A stretch of DNA of 64,000 nucleotides from Amphiscolops sp. MND2022 (taxonomy: Eukaryota): assembly GCA_964187785.1 (NCBI GenBank), contig OZ076418.1:21762001-21826000 (forward strand). The letters run 5' to 3'. The notes below the pieces were generated by a model, which was not told where the DNA came from, did not search any database, and saw only the letters and a list, made by a program, of their open reading frames with translations. A program made the translations under genes and the position numbers. Shown here piece by piece: positions 1 to 11,320 of the stretch. Positions within the stretch are counted from its first letter, which is position 1. Every line of letters begins with the position of its first letter.

Positions 1-333
1 ATGGCTGTTTTTTGGCCAATTTTGGGCTAATTTTGGCTATGTTTCTCACATCCCAAGCATACGATTTAGATGCCATTGCACATATTGGACTCTAATATGG
101 CGTAGAATAACTGTAGAAAATTTCGTTCGAATCGTATGGACAGTTTTTGAGAAAATTGAAAAAAGTTGAAAAATGGCTGTTTTTTGGCCATTTTTGGGCT
201 AACTTTGGCTATGTTTCTCACATCCCAGCCATACGATTTTGATGCCTTTGCACACGCAGGGGCCCCTTTGGGTGTAGAATGACTGTGCAAAATTTCGTGA
301 AAATCGTATGGACAGTTTTTGAGAAATTTGAAG
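1..333 (+). repeat. Two imperfect tandem copies of a 172-bp unit (cut by the window edge)
   Basis: ATGGCTGTTTTTTGGCCA starts at 1 and 173; ATCGTATGGACAGTTTTTGAGAAA recurs near 131 and 303. Confidence 0.85.
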
Positions 334-419
334 TTTTCATGAAAAGGTCGGAAGAAAAAAAAACAACACGATTGCATAAGTAGTCGAAAATTTTTTCCGA
401 CTCCTAAAAAGTCATTATG

Positions 420-841
420 AGCCATTTTTTTTCAAAAAGAAGTTTGATTCCCTACATGATCTTCTTAGAACAAACAAAATTTTGACAGTTTTTGAACTTT
501 TCGTTCTCGAGAACATCGAAGAGTTTTTCAGGCAGCTTAGGTCAGAAGCACTTAAATCGTTCATAGTCCTTGATGCCAATGACGTGGTAACATATACAAC
601 TCGATGGAATATGAAAAAGTTGATGCCGGCGCAATACAGTCGGACTGTTTTAAAAAGGAGATCCTTGGAAAATTTACTTCGCTTAACTTATAATTGGTTA
701 ATGGAAGCAGATTTGATTCCAACATATTTGAGGAAACTATCAAGCTATCAAGTTAAAAAGCTCATCACAAGTATAACCGCGAACTATGTAGTCGATAACA
801 AGCATCTCTTTGCATATTACTGTGAAAAGGATTTATGCTAA
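420..841 (+). pseudogene. Probable 3' end of a non-LTR (LINE) reverse-transcriptase ORF
   Basis: Frame reads ...SLHDLLRTNKILTVFELFVLEN...YSRTVLKRRSLENLLRLTYNWL, resembling the post-RT tail of L2/Jockey-type LINEs; followed by a small hairpin (AGCGC..GCGCT, ~878-899). Weak motif match by eye. Confidence 0.4.
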
Positions 842-1014
842 TAATGAAGTTTTTTTCGGTAGTAGTGCTTGACGTAAGCGCAGTTCCTAAGGGCGCTAAT
901 TGTTGTTAAACATCATTCTGAAAAAATTTTGAATTTGGTTCTTCAGGGCAGGAACTTTGACGAGCCAATAGGCTCTTTTCCTGTCCAGATTGGTTTCTAT
1001 CATTTCATTTCATG

Positions 1015-1340
1015 TGTTGCGGTAGCAATATCGTTAATTTAAAATAAACAAATAATAAGGCGCTATAGCATAGAGGATGCGCGTTAGCCTTCCGGTCATA
1101 AGGTCTCGGGTTCGACTCCCGGACATGTAAAATATTTTATATTTTGGAAATATTTCTCCAATTTCGGTAAAAATACTCTCGAAAAGGCCTTGCTATTCAG
1201 ATTAAAAAGTGACTCATATTCTCATGTTTGTGTGATCAAGTTTTCGTTTTGGCGGTGATAATCTTCTCATTCAATTCATTGTTATTTAATTTTGATTGAC
1301 AATACAATACATTCTTTAGTTCGTTTTCTAAAGAATTTCA
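1015..1340 (+). repeat. BEL 5' LTR
   Basis: TGTTGCGG...AATTTCA; no difference found from 7533-7858. Confidence 0.97.
1059..1128 (+). other. tRNA-like (Gly-TCC-like) pseudo-sequence with Pol III A and B boxes inside the BEL 5' LTR
   Basis: A box TAGCATAGAGG (1066-1076), B box GGTTCGACTCC (1109-1119), T arm TCGGG/CCCGG pairs; acceptor and anticodon stems do not pair. Confidence 0.7.
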
Positions 1341-1358
1341 TGGTGGCCATTCACGGTG
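1341..1358 (+). promoter_or_regulatory. BEL primer-binding site
   Basis: TGGTGGCCATTCACGGTG directly after the LTR, complementary to a tRNA 3' CCA end (possibly Ile; not verified). Confidence 0.75.
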
Positions 1359-1900
1359 TTTATTTCGAAAAAACTTGCTACTTTTCGGAGTCTACGACTA
1401 TCCAAGCAGAATGCGTCTTAAATGTGAAAGGTTTCACACTTAGCAAGTCCCCCCAAGAGTTTGACGTTTGGTGTTTACGTTCCTGAAGTTAAACTAACTT
1501 GAAATTGTTGAAACTTCAGAGCTCAACTCAATTCAGTGTAACCAGATGTGTCAAACTTTGTTTCGTTTTATCTGACAAGACTTCAACTTCAAGTTTCATC
1601 ATAACTGCGGTCGATGGGATCCCAGAATAGAAGAACATTGATCTCAATTCAGAAAGAGTGACCCTCGAACCCGACTACTACAACTAACTGGTATTTTTAA
1701 AACTGAGCTTGAAAAAAAAGTCTTTTCAAAACTATCGATTTGGTGCTTCATTCATAGCAAGGCCTTTGTGAAAATTCGGTAATATAACCTAACGTTCTTA
1801 TGATTATTGGAAGTTGATTCGAGCCTAAAAAACTTCCTTCTGAGCGAAATTTTTTACCTTTTGCGCTGTGTAAAAAGAAATTACTATATTTTAAAATGTA

Positions 1901-2060
1901 ATGGTGTTTATATTGGGTGCGAGCTCGTTGCATCATGCTCTTGATATATTAACCCCCGAAAAAAGAAAAGCCTCCAACGAAAAAATTTACACGATACCGG
2001 GCCTTAGTTTGAATAATCACGCAAAAAACCCACAAAAAGTCGTTCAAAATTTGTTCTCGA
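1901..2060 (+). pseudogene. Truncated accessory ORF upstream of BEL gag, possibly SGNH/GDSL-esterase-like
   Basis: VFILGASSL and YTIPGLSL are spaced like SGNH blocks I and II; the similarity stops near 2060. Confidence 0.35.
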
Positions 2061-2142
2061 TAACTAAGGTTCGAATTAAAAGAAATACAGAATATTGTTG
2101 AATATGGGAGATCAAAACAAATAACATACGACGGTCACCCCG

Positions 2143-4341
2143 GTGGTGCCACTTCCCACTTCAACCTTACCAACAACCACCCCCGCCAACAATAATGCTT
2201 TATCTACAGCACCCGTTTTCCCAATATCAAGTGGAGGAACCGTTTTCTACGTGCAACCGACTGCCATGGCAACATCGACAGTAAGCTGTAGTGAACCTCA
2301 AACTTCAACAACGTTTCCCAGTGTTACTGCCCCTTCCTTTGTACCTGCAAGTTCGTTTACTTTGCCCCAACCGTCTGTAAACAGCTTCACAATGCAAGAC
2401 CTTGCACAACTTTTGTCATCGACGAAGAAAGACCATCTCCCAGAGTGGAAACTGGCCCAATTTAATGGCGACTCTCTTCAATGGCATGAGTGGTTTGGCC
2501 AGTTCAAGAGTGCCATTGACTCATCTCCACTCACAGACGACGTGAAGCTTACATATTTGAAGACGCTTGTTACGGGGAAAGCAAAAACGGCAATTGCTGA
2601 GTTCGCGTACTGCGGGACAATGTACAAGGACGCACTGAAGACTCTGGAAAGGAAATTCTGCCAACCACAGGCAGTGGTCAGTGCCTACTTGGACAAATTA
2701 GCGAATGTTCCACCGGTGAAAATGCATAATAGCGAAAGCATCATAAGTTATGCAGCTACAATTGGTTCCTTGGTTGGTGTTTTCAGATCTTTGAACTACG
2801 TTCAAGATCTTTCGAGTGCTTCACTGCTCGGTCAAGCGGTCCAAAAGCTTCCGCCGAACTTGAAAGAAGGGTGGTCAATGCATACAGTGAAACGCGATTT
2901 GGTCCGACCGACTCTGATTGACTTCAACGATTGGCTGAAGGACAAAGCAGAAGCTCACGAGAGGATGAAAGCTTCCTCAGGAAAACCCAAAGTTGAAGAA
3001 ACTCCAACCGGAAACGTAACGAAAACCAAGACCAATTCTAAAGTGTTCGCTGCAACAACAACTTCCACTAAAAATACCATCGCAACCAAGCTGTCAACCC
3101 AGAAATTCCAAGTCACTTGTGTAGTTTGTAAAGATAAGCATCCGTTGTGGCGATGTCAAGTGTTCAGAAAGAAGACTCCAACTGAAAGAGCGAAAGTTGT
3201 GGCCGAAAACAAACTTTGTTTCTCATGCTTTAATGGACAACACTCTTTCCGCAATTGCCCCCAGCCACGCAAATGCACCAAAGATGGCTGTGGAAGTACA
3301 CACAACACTTTGCTACATGGTGCAGAGAAGATTTTCCCGAGAAAATCTGAATCTGGGAAAGCAGGCAATGGTGAAGCAACTACTTGTAGCGTAACGACAG
3401 CGATCCAAAAGAAAGACGAAGTCACCTCATGCCTCCCTTCCATCTCTGATGTGAAAGGATTATTACAAATAACGGAAGTGGAATTGCAAACTTCTGAGAA
3501 TTCTGCAAAAGTTTTAGTTTTGTGCGACTCAGCGTGTAGCCATTCTTGGATTTCCTCCGAGCTAGCTGACAAACTTGACGTGCGCGGCACGCCGACCAAA
3601 CTGACTGTACACGGAATTAACTCCAATAAGGTTGTTGACACTCAAATGGTCGAGCTCAAGTTGACACCGGTTCATTCGGGTGGCTCTTGCTCCTCCTTTA
3701 CTGTCAAACCTTATGTGCGAGATCAACTGACTATTGGAAACGATGTAATTGACGTAGATGAGTTGAAGACTCGCTATCCCCATTTAGAACCAATCGCTCT
3801 TAGCAAGTACAGCTACACAGATGTGAAAATGATTCTTGGTCAGGACGTTTTCCACGCTATCCGCCCACTGGAGTATTTCGAATCCGACCGTCGAAATACC
3901 CCAGTTGCCGTCCGTTTACCGTTGGGCTGGGTACTGAGTGGTCCCCTTCCGTCGACCACGGGTCTATTTTCGACATGCTTCAAAGCTGTTACTCAGAAAG
4001 AGCACGATTGTATACTCTCTGACCGACTCCGAAGCTGGTACGACATTGAGTCGTACGGCGCGTACAAACAAGTGGATTCCCGTTCCGCAACCGACGCGAG
4101 AGCGACAAAGATACTTGATGAAACAACATACCACGATGGGCCCCGATACCAAGTAGGTAAGTTGTGGGCCGACGACGAAAGTTGTTTACCGAACAATTAT
4201 TTTTCTGCACTTATTCAACTGAAATCGCTAGAGCGCCGTCTTCAAAAAGATGCTGATTTGAAAGCCAGTTATACGAAAACAATTAGCGACGATTTCCTCG
4301 AAAGGCTATATTGTTCAAGTGGACAAAACCGATTGTTTTAA
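2143..4341 (+). CDS. gag: BEL gag-protease part of the polyprotein (N-terminus appears truncated; 1-nt frameshift near 4297)
   Basis: [19 protein letters not shown] gag motif, three Cys/His knuckles ([42 protein letters not shown]), protease LCDSACSHS. Confidence 0.9.
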   Translation: MVPLPTSTLPTTTPANNNALSTAPVFPISSGGTVFYVQPTAMATSTVSCSEPQTSTTFPSVTAPSFVPASSFTLPQPSVNSFTMQDLAQLLSSTKKDHLPEWKLAQFNGDSLQWHEWFGQFKSAIDSSPLTDDVKLTYLKTLVTGKAKTAIAEFAYCGTMYKDALKTLERKFCQPQAVVSAYLDKLANVPPVKMHNSESIISYAATIGSLVGVFRSLNYVQDLSSASLLGQAVQKLPPNLKEGWSMHTVKRDLVRPTLIDFNDWLKDKAEAHERMKASSGKPKVEETPTGNVTKTKTNSKVFAATTTSTKNTIATKLSTQKFQVTCVVCKDKHPLWRCQVFRKKTPTERAKVVAENKLCFSCFNGQHSFRNCPQPRKCTKDGCGSTHNTLLHGAEKIFPRKSESGKAGNGEATTCSVTTAIQKKDEVTSCLPSISDVKGLLQITEVELQTSENSAKVLVLCDSACSHSWISSELADKLDVRGTPTKLTVHGINSNKVVDTQMVELKLTPVHSGGSCSSFTVKPYVRDQLTIGNDVIDVDELKTRYPHLEPIALSKYSYTDVKMILGQDVFHAIRPLEYFESDRRNTPVAVRLPLGWVLSGPLPSTTGLFSTCFKAVTQKEHDCILSDRLRSWYDIESYGAYKQVDSRSATDARATKILDETTYHDGPRYQVGKLWADDESCLPNNYFSALIQLKSLERRLQKDADLKASYTKTISDDFLERLYCSSGQNRLF

Positions 4342-7300
4342 AGTAGACCAGCCCCGGGAATGGTATTTACCGCACCATCCGGTCGTGCATCCTCACAAGC
4401 CTGGCAAAGTCCGTAGGGTTCTTAATGGAGCCGCAAAATTTCATGGTCAGTCCTTGAACAGTGGTCTTCTAGCAGGACCAGATTTGCTACAGAGCCTAAT
4501 CCACATTCTTTTCCGTTTCCGTCAATATCCTTTTGCTGTATCTGCAGACATCGAAGGAATGTTTCTCCAAGTTGGAGTTATCCCACGTGACAGACCATCA
4601 CTTCGATTTTTGTGGCGGGAGCACCCAGCAGCTGAAGTTGCTGTTTTCGAGTATGTTCGGCATATTTTCGGCTCCAAAGATTCGCCAACTTGCGCTAACT
4701 ACGCATTGAAACGAACTGCCACAGATAACCAAGCCAACTTTCCAGATGCAGCACGAAGCGTCCACAACAACTTTTATATGGACGATTACCTCGAATCAAG
4801 TCCAACAGCTATCGAAGCCTCAAACAAAGCGAAGGATCTTGTTAAAATGCTTGCTTTGGGAGGGTTTAAACTGACAAAGTTCGTGTCTAATGTACCAAGC
4901 ATCCCCATCGAAGTAGATCCGAACAGCGACACCAGAATCACGGAAGAGAAAGAGATTCCGACTGCGGAGAAATTCTCGCACGTTCTTGGAATGAAATGGA
5001 ATCACTCAACAGACACCCTAGTTGTTAGCAGAGGAACAAGTCCAAACACCGACCGAAATGTCACTCAAAGGGTTGTTCTGAGTTTGGTATCCGCTGTATA
5101 CGACCCAATTGGTCTCGTCGCACCGTTCACCATCAAAGCGCGCCTGCTTTTGAAAGACATTTGGAGGCTCAGTGGCCAGCAGTGGGACGACAACTTGCCA
5201 GACGAAATTGTAACAAAATTCTTGGAATGGAGCAGAGAGTTGTCAACTTTGAATGAAATTACCATACCAAGAAGTTACTTCTGTCAAACTGTTGAGATGA
5301 TTGAGCTACACGTGTTTGGTGATAGCTCACAAGATGCTTTCAGCGCAGTCGCTTTCTTGCGAGGAAAACTAATAAACGACCACGGTGTTGTGACGCAGCT
5401 AGCTTTCGTCTTTGGAAAAGCAAGAGTGGCTCCTATGAAGGCACTAACTGTTCCAAAGTTGGAGCTACAAGCCGCATTACTGGCAGCACGACTTCGCGCC
5501 GAGGTCCTCAGTGCAATGTCTTTGAAGATAGGCAGAACTTTCATGTGGAGCGATAGTTCAACTGTGCTACAGTGGTTAACCTCTTTGGAAAAGCAACCCA
5601 CATTTGTGGCGAACCGAGTATGCGAGATTCTAGACTTAACAACTGTTGATGAGTGGCACTATGTCCCTACAGCTCACAATCCGGCTGATGCTGGCACACG
5701 TGGAATGTCTGCAACTGATCTTTTGAACAGTTGTTGGCTGACAGGACCGGACTTTCTAAAAACATCTGACTTCCCGTTCAAACCCCCAGAAGAATTTCGT
5801 CAAAAAATAAAGCTTAACAATGGCGCTCATTCCACTAAAGTTAACGAAACCAAAGAACATCAGTGTACTACAATCACCGCAACAGTAACCGAAATTACAA
5901 CAACTTTCAAATGGCAGAAGTACAGTTCGTACGAGAAGGTTCTGCGCATTGTGGCTTACATGTTGAGACTCCTCCCAAAGAACGAATCCAAGCGCACCGA
6001 CAATGGATTGATTACAGATCCAACTGAACTCGACAATGCCCAACAGAGATTGTTCTATTTGGTACAACTCGAGTCCTTTAACACTGAAAAGAAATGCTTG
6101 TTGAAGTCACTCCCCCTCAGCAAGTCTTCTAAAATTGTTGAATTTTCCCCTTTCATTGGACCTAATGGTTTACTGCGAGCTTCTGGTCGCACAAAACAGC
6201 TGGATGTTGCTTCATTCGACATGAAACACCCAATTCTACTAGATAGCCGTCATCCCTTAGTTCGGTTGTTCCTGGAGAACTTTCATATCAATCAATGCCA
6301 CCAGGGTGTTGAATACTTGAGAGCTTTGATCCAGCAACAATACGCAATCGTCAAATTGAGACCAACCTTGAGATCAATTGTATCCAGGTGCATCACCTGT
6401 CGTAAGCGCAAGGCTGAGACGTTAGCTCCCATGATGTCCGATCTTCCCCGGGAAAGACTTGCATACAGAGAACCTCCATTCCGCAACACAGGAATCGACT
6501 ACTTTGGTCCTTTCTACGTGTCCGTGAAACGTTCTACTGAGAAACGCTGGGGATTCCTTTTCACTTGCTTAACTACTCGGGCCGTCCATTTTGAAGTTGT
6601 ACCATCAATGGACACCAGTAGTTGTGTCATGGGAATTGAACGATTCGCTGCCCGACGGGGCACTCCGTCAGTTCTCTGGTCCGAAAACGGCACTAACTTT
6701 GTTGCAAGTGACAAAGAACTGTTACAGAACGTCAGAAACTGGAATCAACAAGTCCTCACTGAATTACTTGTCAAGAAAGGAATCCAGTGGAAATTTAACC
6801 CACCCAGTGCTCCGCACCATGGAGGTGTATGGGAACGTTTAGTACGTAGTTTCAAGCACGTGTTCTACGCTGTCATCGGAAATAGACGTCTAACAGACGA
6901 AATCCTTGCAACTACGTTCTGTCTCGTAGAACAAAGTTTGAATGCACGACCGTTAGTACCTGCTAGTGCAGATGCAACCGATTTGGACGCCTTAACTCCA
7001 AATCATTTTCTACATGGAACTTCAGGCTCAGTACTGCCTTCGCATCAGCAAGCAGACATCGACCATCGCAAGCGTTACGCTCGAGCGCAAGCTTATTCCG
7101 ATACAATATGGTACAGGTGGTTAAGAGAATACGTTCCCACCCTGAACCGCCGTTCGAAGTGGTCATCGCACTCAAACAGAGATCTTAAGACCGGAGATCT
7201 CGTGTGGATTGTTGAACCGACCTCACCTAGAGGGCACTATCCACTAGCTCGTGTCGTAAAGCTTAACTTCGGTACAGACGCCGTCGCCAGGTCCGCTGAA

Positions 7301-7372
7301 GTCAGAACAGCATCTGGTAACCTTGTACGCCCAGTGATCAAACTCGCTCCCGTCCTTCCCCTTCCCGAATAA
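4319..7372 (+). CDS. pol: BEL pol: reverse transcriptase, RNase H (Pao peptidase A17 region), integrase
   Basis: [58 protein letters not shown]. Confidence 0.95.
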   Translation: MDKTDCFKVDQPREWYLPHHPVVHPHKPGKVRRVLNGAAKFHGQSLNSGLLAGPDLLQSLIHILFRFRQYPFAVSADIEGMFLQVGVIPRDRPSLRFLWREHPAAEVAVFEYVRHIFGSKDSPTCANYALKRTATDNQANFPDAARSVHNNFYMDDYLESSPTAIEASNKAKDLVKMLALGGFKLTKFVSNVPSIPIEVDPNSDTRITEEKEIPTAEKFSHVLGMKWNHSTDTLVVSRGTSPNTDRNVTQRVVLSLVSAVYDPIGLVAPFTIKARLLLKDIWRLSGQQWDDNLPDEIVTKFLEWSRELSTLNEITIPRSYFCQTVEMIELHVFGDSSQDAFSAVAFLRGKLINDHGVVTQLAFVFGKARVAPMKALTVPKLELQAALLAARLRAEVLSAMSLKIGRTFMWSDSSTVLQWLTSLEKQPTFVANRVCEILDLTTVDEWHYVPTAHNPADAGTRGMSATDLLNSCWLTGPDFLKTSDFPFKPPEEFRQKIKLNNGAHSTKVNETKEHQCTTITATVTEITTTFKWQKYSSYEKVLRIVAYMLRLLPKNESKRTDNGLITDPTELDNAQQRLFYLVQLESFNTEKKCLLKSLPLSKSSKIVEFSPFIGPNGLLRASGRTKQLDVASFDMKHPILLDSRHPLVRLFLENFHINQCHQGVEYLRALIQQQYAIVKLRPTLRSIVSRCITCRKRKAETLAPMMSDLPRERLAYREPPFRNTGIDYFGPFYVSVKRSTEKRWGFLFTCLTTRAVHFEVVPSMDTSSCVMGIERFAARRGTPSVLWSENGTNFVASDKELLQNVRNWNQQVLTELLVKKGIQWKFNPPSAPHHGGVWERLVRSFKHVFYAVIGNRRLTDEILATTFCLVEQSLNARPLVPASADATDLDALTPNHFLHGTSGSVLPSHQQADIDHRKRYARAQAYSDTIWYRWLREYVPTLNRRSKWSSHSNRDLKTGDLVWIVEPTSPRGHYPLARVVKLNFGTDAVARSAEVRTASGNLVRPVIKLAPVLPLPE

Positions 7373-7532
7373 ACAATGTTCTGTTTCTTCCACTTCCTTC
7401 ATTTATGCTTCACGTATCAACATGTATGAAAAAAAACTAATTTTCATGTAAAAACATGTTTCACAAAACATTTTCTTAAAAAAAAACTTTTTTTTTGCAC
7501 TATAAAACATTCATCTTCTAGGGCCCGGAGGA

Positions 7533-7858
7533 TGTTGCGGTAGCAATATCGTTAATTTAAAATAAACAAATAATAAGGCGCTATAGCATAGAGGATGCGC
7601 GTTAGCCTTCCGGTCATAAGGTCTCGGGTTCGACTCCCGGACATGTAAAATATTTTATATTTTGGAAATATTTCTCCAATTTCGGTAAAAATACTCTCGA
7701 AAAGGCCTTGCTATTCAGATTAAAAAGTGACTCATATTCTCATGTTTGTGTGATCAAGTTTTCGTTTTGGCGGTGATAATCTTCTCATTCAATTCATTGT
7801 TATTTAATTTTGATTGACAATACAATACATTCTTTAGTTCGTTTTCTAAAGAATTTCA
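7533..7858 (+). repeat. BEL 3' LTR (with second tRNA-like copy at 7577-7646)
   Basis: Direct repeat of 1015-1340, preceded by G-rich AGGGCCCGGAGGA. Confidence 0.97.
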
Positions 7859-8049
7859 TCATGTATTTTGTATTTTTGTTTGTGTAATGATCCCAATCGA
7901 ATAAACTTTTCTTTTCTTTCTTTCTTAAGAAAAAAGTCACAAAACACTGGAAAAGTTGTCGTTTTGGTGAAAAGAAGCACTAAAAAAGGAAGAAGTGAAA
8001 ATGCATTAGGATGCAAAAGCAATTGATCTTTTGCTGAGTGTTGTAGGAA

Positions 8050-8800
8050 AAATAAAATTCAATGGTCGCTTTCAGTCATTTGTCGCCCCAATCAGAATGG
8101 AGTAGCTGAACTCTAATGCAGAACTTTCTCGAATTTATCCGGAACTATACCGAATAGTTTATTTATGAATGAGTGTTTTTAGGTGTGAGCATTTGGTACA
8201 ATAAATCATTTTTGAGAGGATTGAAAAGAGAACAACCCGTTTCGAAAACTTTTTCATAAAATAATATTGTACACTACTCCAAAGGATCTGGACGTAAAGC
8301 ATGATACAAATTGGCTCTGAACAAGTAAAACTTCTTTTCGACCAGAAATAGGAACATCAACGAGAAGAAAACGCTAGTCAGAAGTTTGGAATGAACTAGG
8401 AAAAACACTTGTCCACGATTTCTTGTAAACAATAAGAACGCTTTCAATACTTTGGGCCAAATATGATTTGAAAGTGGCTCAGTACGATGTGAAGAAAACT
8501 GAATACAAATGATATTGCATTGAAGTGATAGAAATAAATTCTCAACTAATTTTAGATAGCAACTACTCGGCAAGAACAATTGGTCAGTTACTGAAAAGTC
8601 TTCACGCATTGAAACAATCTGGAAGATGCTGGAATTTTTTAATGAGTTGCTGGTAAATTGTTATCCACAACAATCATAAACGGATCTTAGCTTATAGTTC
8701 AACGCTGAAAAATCCGTTTTCTCACCAGTGTGGGTAGATAATATTGCCCAATTTGCAAAATCAGAAGACTATCTTCTATCGATATTTACCAAACACCCGC
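8050..8800 (+). pseudogene. Highly decayed Copia integrase/RT remnant
   Basis: Fragments APNQNGVAE, LKVAQYDVK, LKSLHALKQSGRCWN, VWVDNIA match the Copia at 12.8-14.1 kb, with many stops and indels. Confidence 0.8.
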
Positions 8801-8839
8801 AACCATAACTTCAGAAGCTCGTGGAAAAATTCAATTATT

Positions 8840-9520
8840 GCTTGAAACATGCCGGGACCGGCCCAAGTCGGCACCATATCCAAGGCTCAAAAATAGCAAA
8901 AGGACTTCCAAGTGTCAATTTACAGTACTCCAAAATCGAAAAAGCAAAAAATATGAACCGAGTGGCGCGCCGGGGCCCGCTAGCGCGAGCCCCTGGCGCG
9001 CTAAAAGGGGGACACTTCCGAATTTGTCAACATTTTTGTCGCAGTTGAAGGGGGGACCATTTGGAGATCTCACTATGCCAAAAAACTGAAAAGGGGGACC
9101 CTTTGGGATTTTTAAACAACCAATCTGTTATAAAATCTCGGGGGACCCTTTTGAGGAAAAAATTTTTTGAAAAAAGTCTCACAATGCCGAAAAACTGAAA
9201 GGGGGGACCCTTTGGGATTTTTCAACATCCATTCTGTCGCAAAGCATCAGAAAAATGCAGGGGGGACCCTTTGGGGAAAAAATTCCGAAAAAAAGTCTCG
9301 CAGTGCCGAAAAAAATTAAAAAGGGGACTTTTTGGTCTCGCCCGGTATGGTATGTTTCGCGGAAAAGCAGGGAAAACCTTTTTGGTCCAGTTCGCAAGGC
9401 CAATTGGTGCAATTTGACACCATAATATTTTGTAGAACTTTTAACTATTTTGGTCAGTTCGTGTGGATAGAAAAAAAAAGAGTCACTATAATAGTCGCGT
9501 TTCACTTCATGAAGCGCCGA
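8840..9520 (+). mobile_element. Non-coding dispersed repeat, probably a non-autonomous DNA transposon, with AAAGGGGGGACCCTTTGGG sub-repeats
   Basis: About 7 GGGGGACC motifs at 9003-9330; 8854-8920 matches the reverse complement of 36449-36513. Confidence 0.65.
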
Positions 9521-9634
9521 CAAAAAAAGATGAAATTGAACGAACAATTTCGTTTTTGCCGACCGAATCTTCTTACTGCAAAACGTCTACGAAAGTATGG
9601 TTTGGAAACGACTGGGGGTAAGCAAAAGAGTCTA

Positions 9635-9786
9635 GCTCAATTGGACGACCGTTCAACTAGCCGATTGATCAATTGGAAGACTATCAGCTGTTTCTAAAAT
9701 ATTATTGGTTGATTCATCTTCGCTGACAGACTCCGATTACGTAATCAATTGCACAGTCGTCTAACTGAGCGGTCGTCCAATTGAAC
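9635..9786. mobile_element. ~150-bp foldback/MITE-like element
   Basis: 41-bp arms (9635-9675 and 9746-9786) match as inverted repeats at 33/41 positions; no clean TSD. Confidence 0.6.
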
Positions 9787-10789
9787 GGTTCCCTAAGCCA
9801 ATACCAACAAAAAATTTTTGACGTTTCACTTCTATAATGACGAATTATTTGACAAAAATCAATATGAAAAAGTCCTTGATTCGCTTCAATCTCAGACGTA
9901 TCAATACCAGGTAGAGTTTTTGCAGTAAGTTGTCCTACTCAATTCGCTTCGAAACCAAGTTCAGCACATTTTAGGGCTTTCGGAAAAAAATGAGTAAATT
10001 TGTGGAACCTGTAGATTTTGGAATATGAATTTGGACAACTGATAAAGTAGAAAAATTGTTTCTGGAATAAAAATCGAGTTGGATTATTTTGATTCTCTAG
10101 TTATATGGAAGGTATCGAAACTAAACAGTTGGAGAAAGATAATGAATGAGGGTAGGTTATACATATATTAGTCACCCATACAAACAGTCATATAATATTA
10201 GTTACTCCAACACGATCCTCAATTAATGGAACACAAATTGTTCTGTGTTCGATGAATTTCGACCTGCCAAGCTGTTTTGTGAGAGCATCAGCTTGCATTT
10301 TCTGAGTTTGCAAGTAATTAAACTTTTGAGTGAATGTGTTTGAAGAACTCACGAAAGAAATGATAGTTTATAAGGACGGTTCGGTCTTTCGTGATGATAT
10401 GGTTGTCCAACTGTTTTACCGCAATGAAAGATAACCATAGCAACTGAGTTCGCGACAAAAACGCCACTTCATAGAAGAAAAAAACATTGTGTTTTTTGTA
10501 TACAGAGTAGTTTCAGTGCTTCTCCGCAAACTGTGTGGGTCGATCTGTTTCAAATTTAACCCGGAATAGAGGTGGAATTTTCTGGATCCATCTTAAAATC
10601 GGTTGCTTAAACTTTGAACCGCAATATCTCCTTAACTCTTCAAGTCCGAAAAACGATTTATACAGCGTTCGAAAGAGGAGCACCAGGGCTTTCGAATCAA
10701 TTTTTAAACTGCTGGGCTGGGGGCCCGCTTCGCCGCACTGGCTCCGGACTTTGCGCCAAAACTTTGCACGCGTCGTGTCTCTGCTTGCT

Positions 10790-11093
10790 TTTCAGCATGT
10801 TTCAAAACATTCTGAGGCCGCTTTGACCCAATGTTGACACCAGTGGGATAAAAGGGCCAGAAACCAAAAATGGGAAAATGGAAAATCTGCAGTTATTTTT
10901 TTTTGAATTTTTTGTCTCTTTCTGGATTTCGGAGACATCACGTCAATATTCCGTGAAAAGGCGCCGAATGCTATGCAATATTGTCTGAAAATCTGATTCA
11001 AGAGTTTGCTTTACCATACGGTGGGCAGGTGCCTTTAAAAGTTCGCAGATCTTAAGTGGTGCAAATACGTACCGCGATGCTAAATAGGGTTAA
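10790..11093. mobile_element. Possible piggyBac-like right end (GGG then TTAA) of a truncated non-autonomous element
   Basis: Ends ...GCTAAATAGGG|TTAA at 11089-11093; no matching left TIR found. Confidence 0.3.
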
Positions 11094-11119
11094 ACGTCGC
11101 AGTTCCGAGTTCTTAAAAG

Positions 11120-11305
11120 TGTTAGATGTAACTCTTGTTCATGCATCTAAAAACTTGTTCATGTATATTCTAGTTCTCTTGAAAGATTTTTCATGAATGT
11201 TTAAGTCACTTATCTTTTTCTAACATGTGATTAAGTTTGGTTTTACCACACTTCAAATTGACTTCTCTTCTTGAGAGAACTTTTTCCTCAATCAATAAAA
11301 TAACA
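11120..11305 (+). repeat. Copia 5' LTR
   Basis: TGTTAGATG...AATAACA. Confidence 0.96.
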
Positions 11306-11320
11306 GATTATGAGACTTAA

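Larger units (their letters stand above)
1015..7858 (+). mobile_element. BEL/Pao LTR retrotransposon with both LTRs, recent insertion
   Basis: 326-bp TG...CA LTRs, TSD TCATG (1010-1014 and 7859-7863), PBS starting TGG at 1341, gag-PR-RT-RH-IN order with BEL-type motifs. Confidence 0.97.

Noticed and set aside
1059-1128. Functional tRNA gene
   Set aside because: Acceptor and anticodon stems do not pair; kept only as a tRNA-like cassette.
1292-1486. Short ORF crossing the BEL LTR/PBS junction
   Set aside because: The ATG arises automatically from CA+TGG; the ORF ends after a few dozen codons and does not reach gag.
3156-7175. Many short antisense and alternate-frame ORFs over BEL pol (also over the Copia and Gypsy pol regions)
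   Set aside because: Expected shadows of long coding frames, with no motifs or start context.
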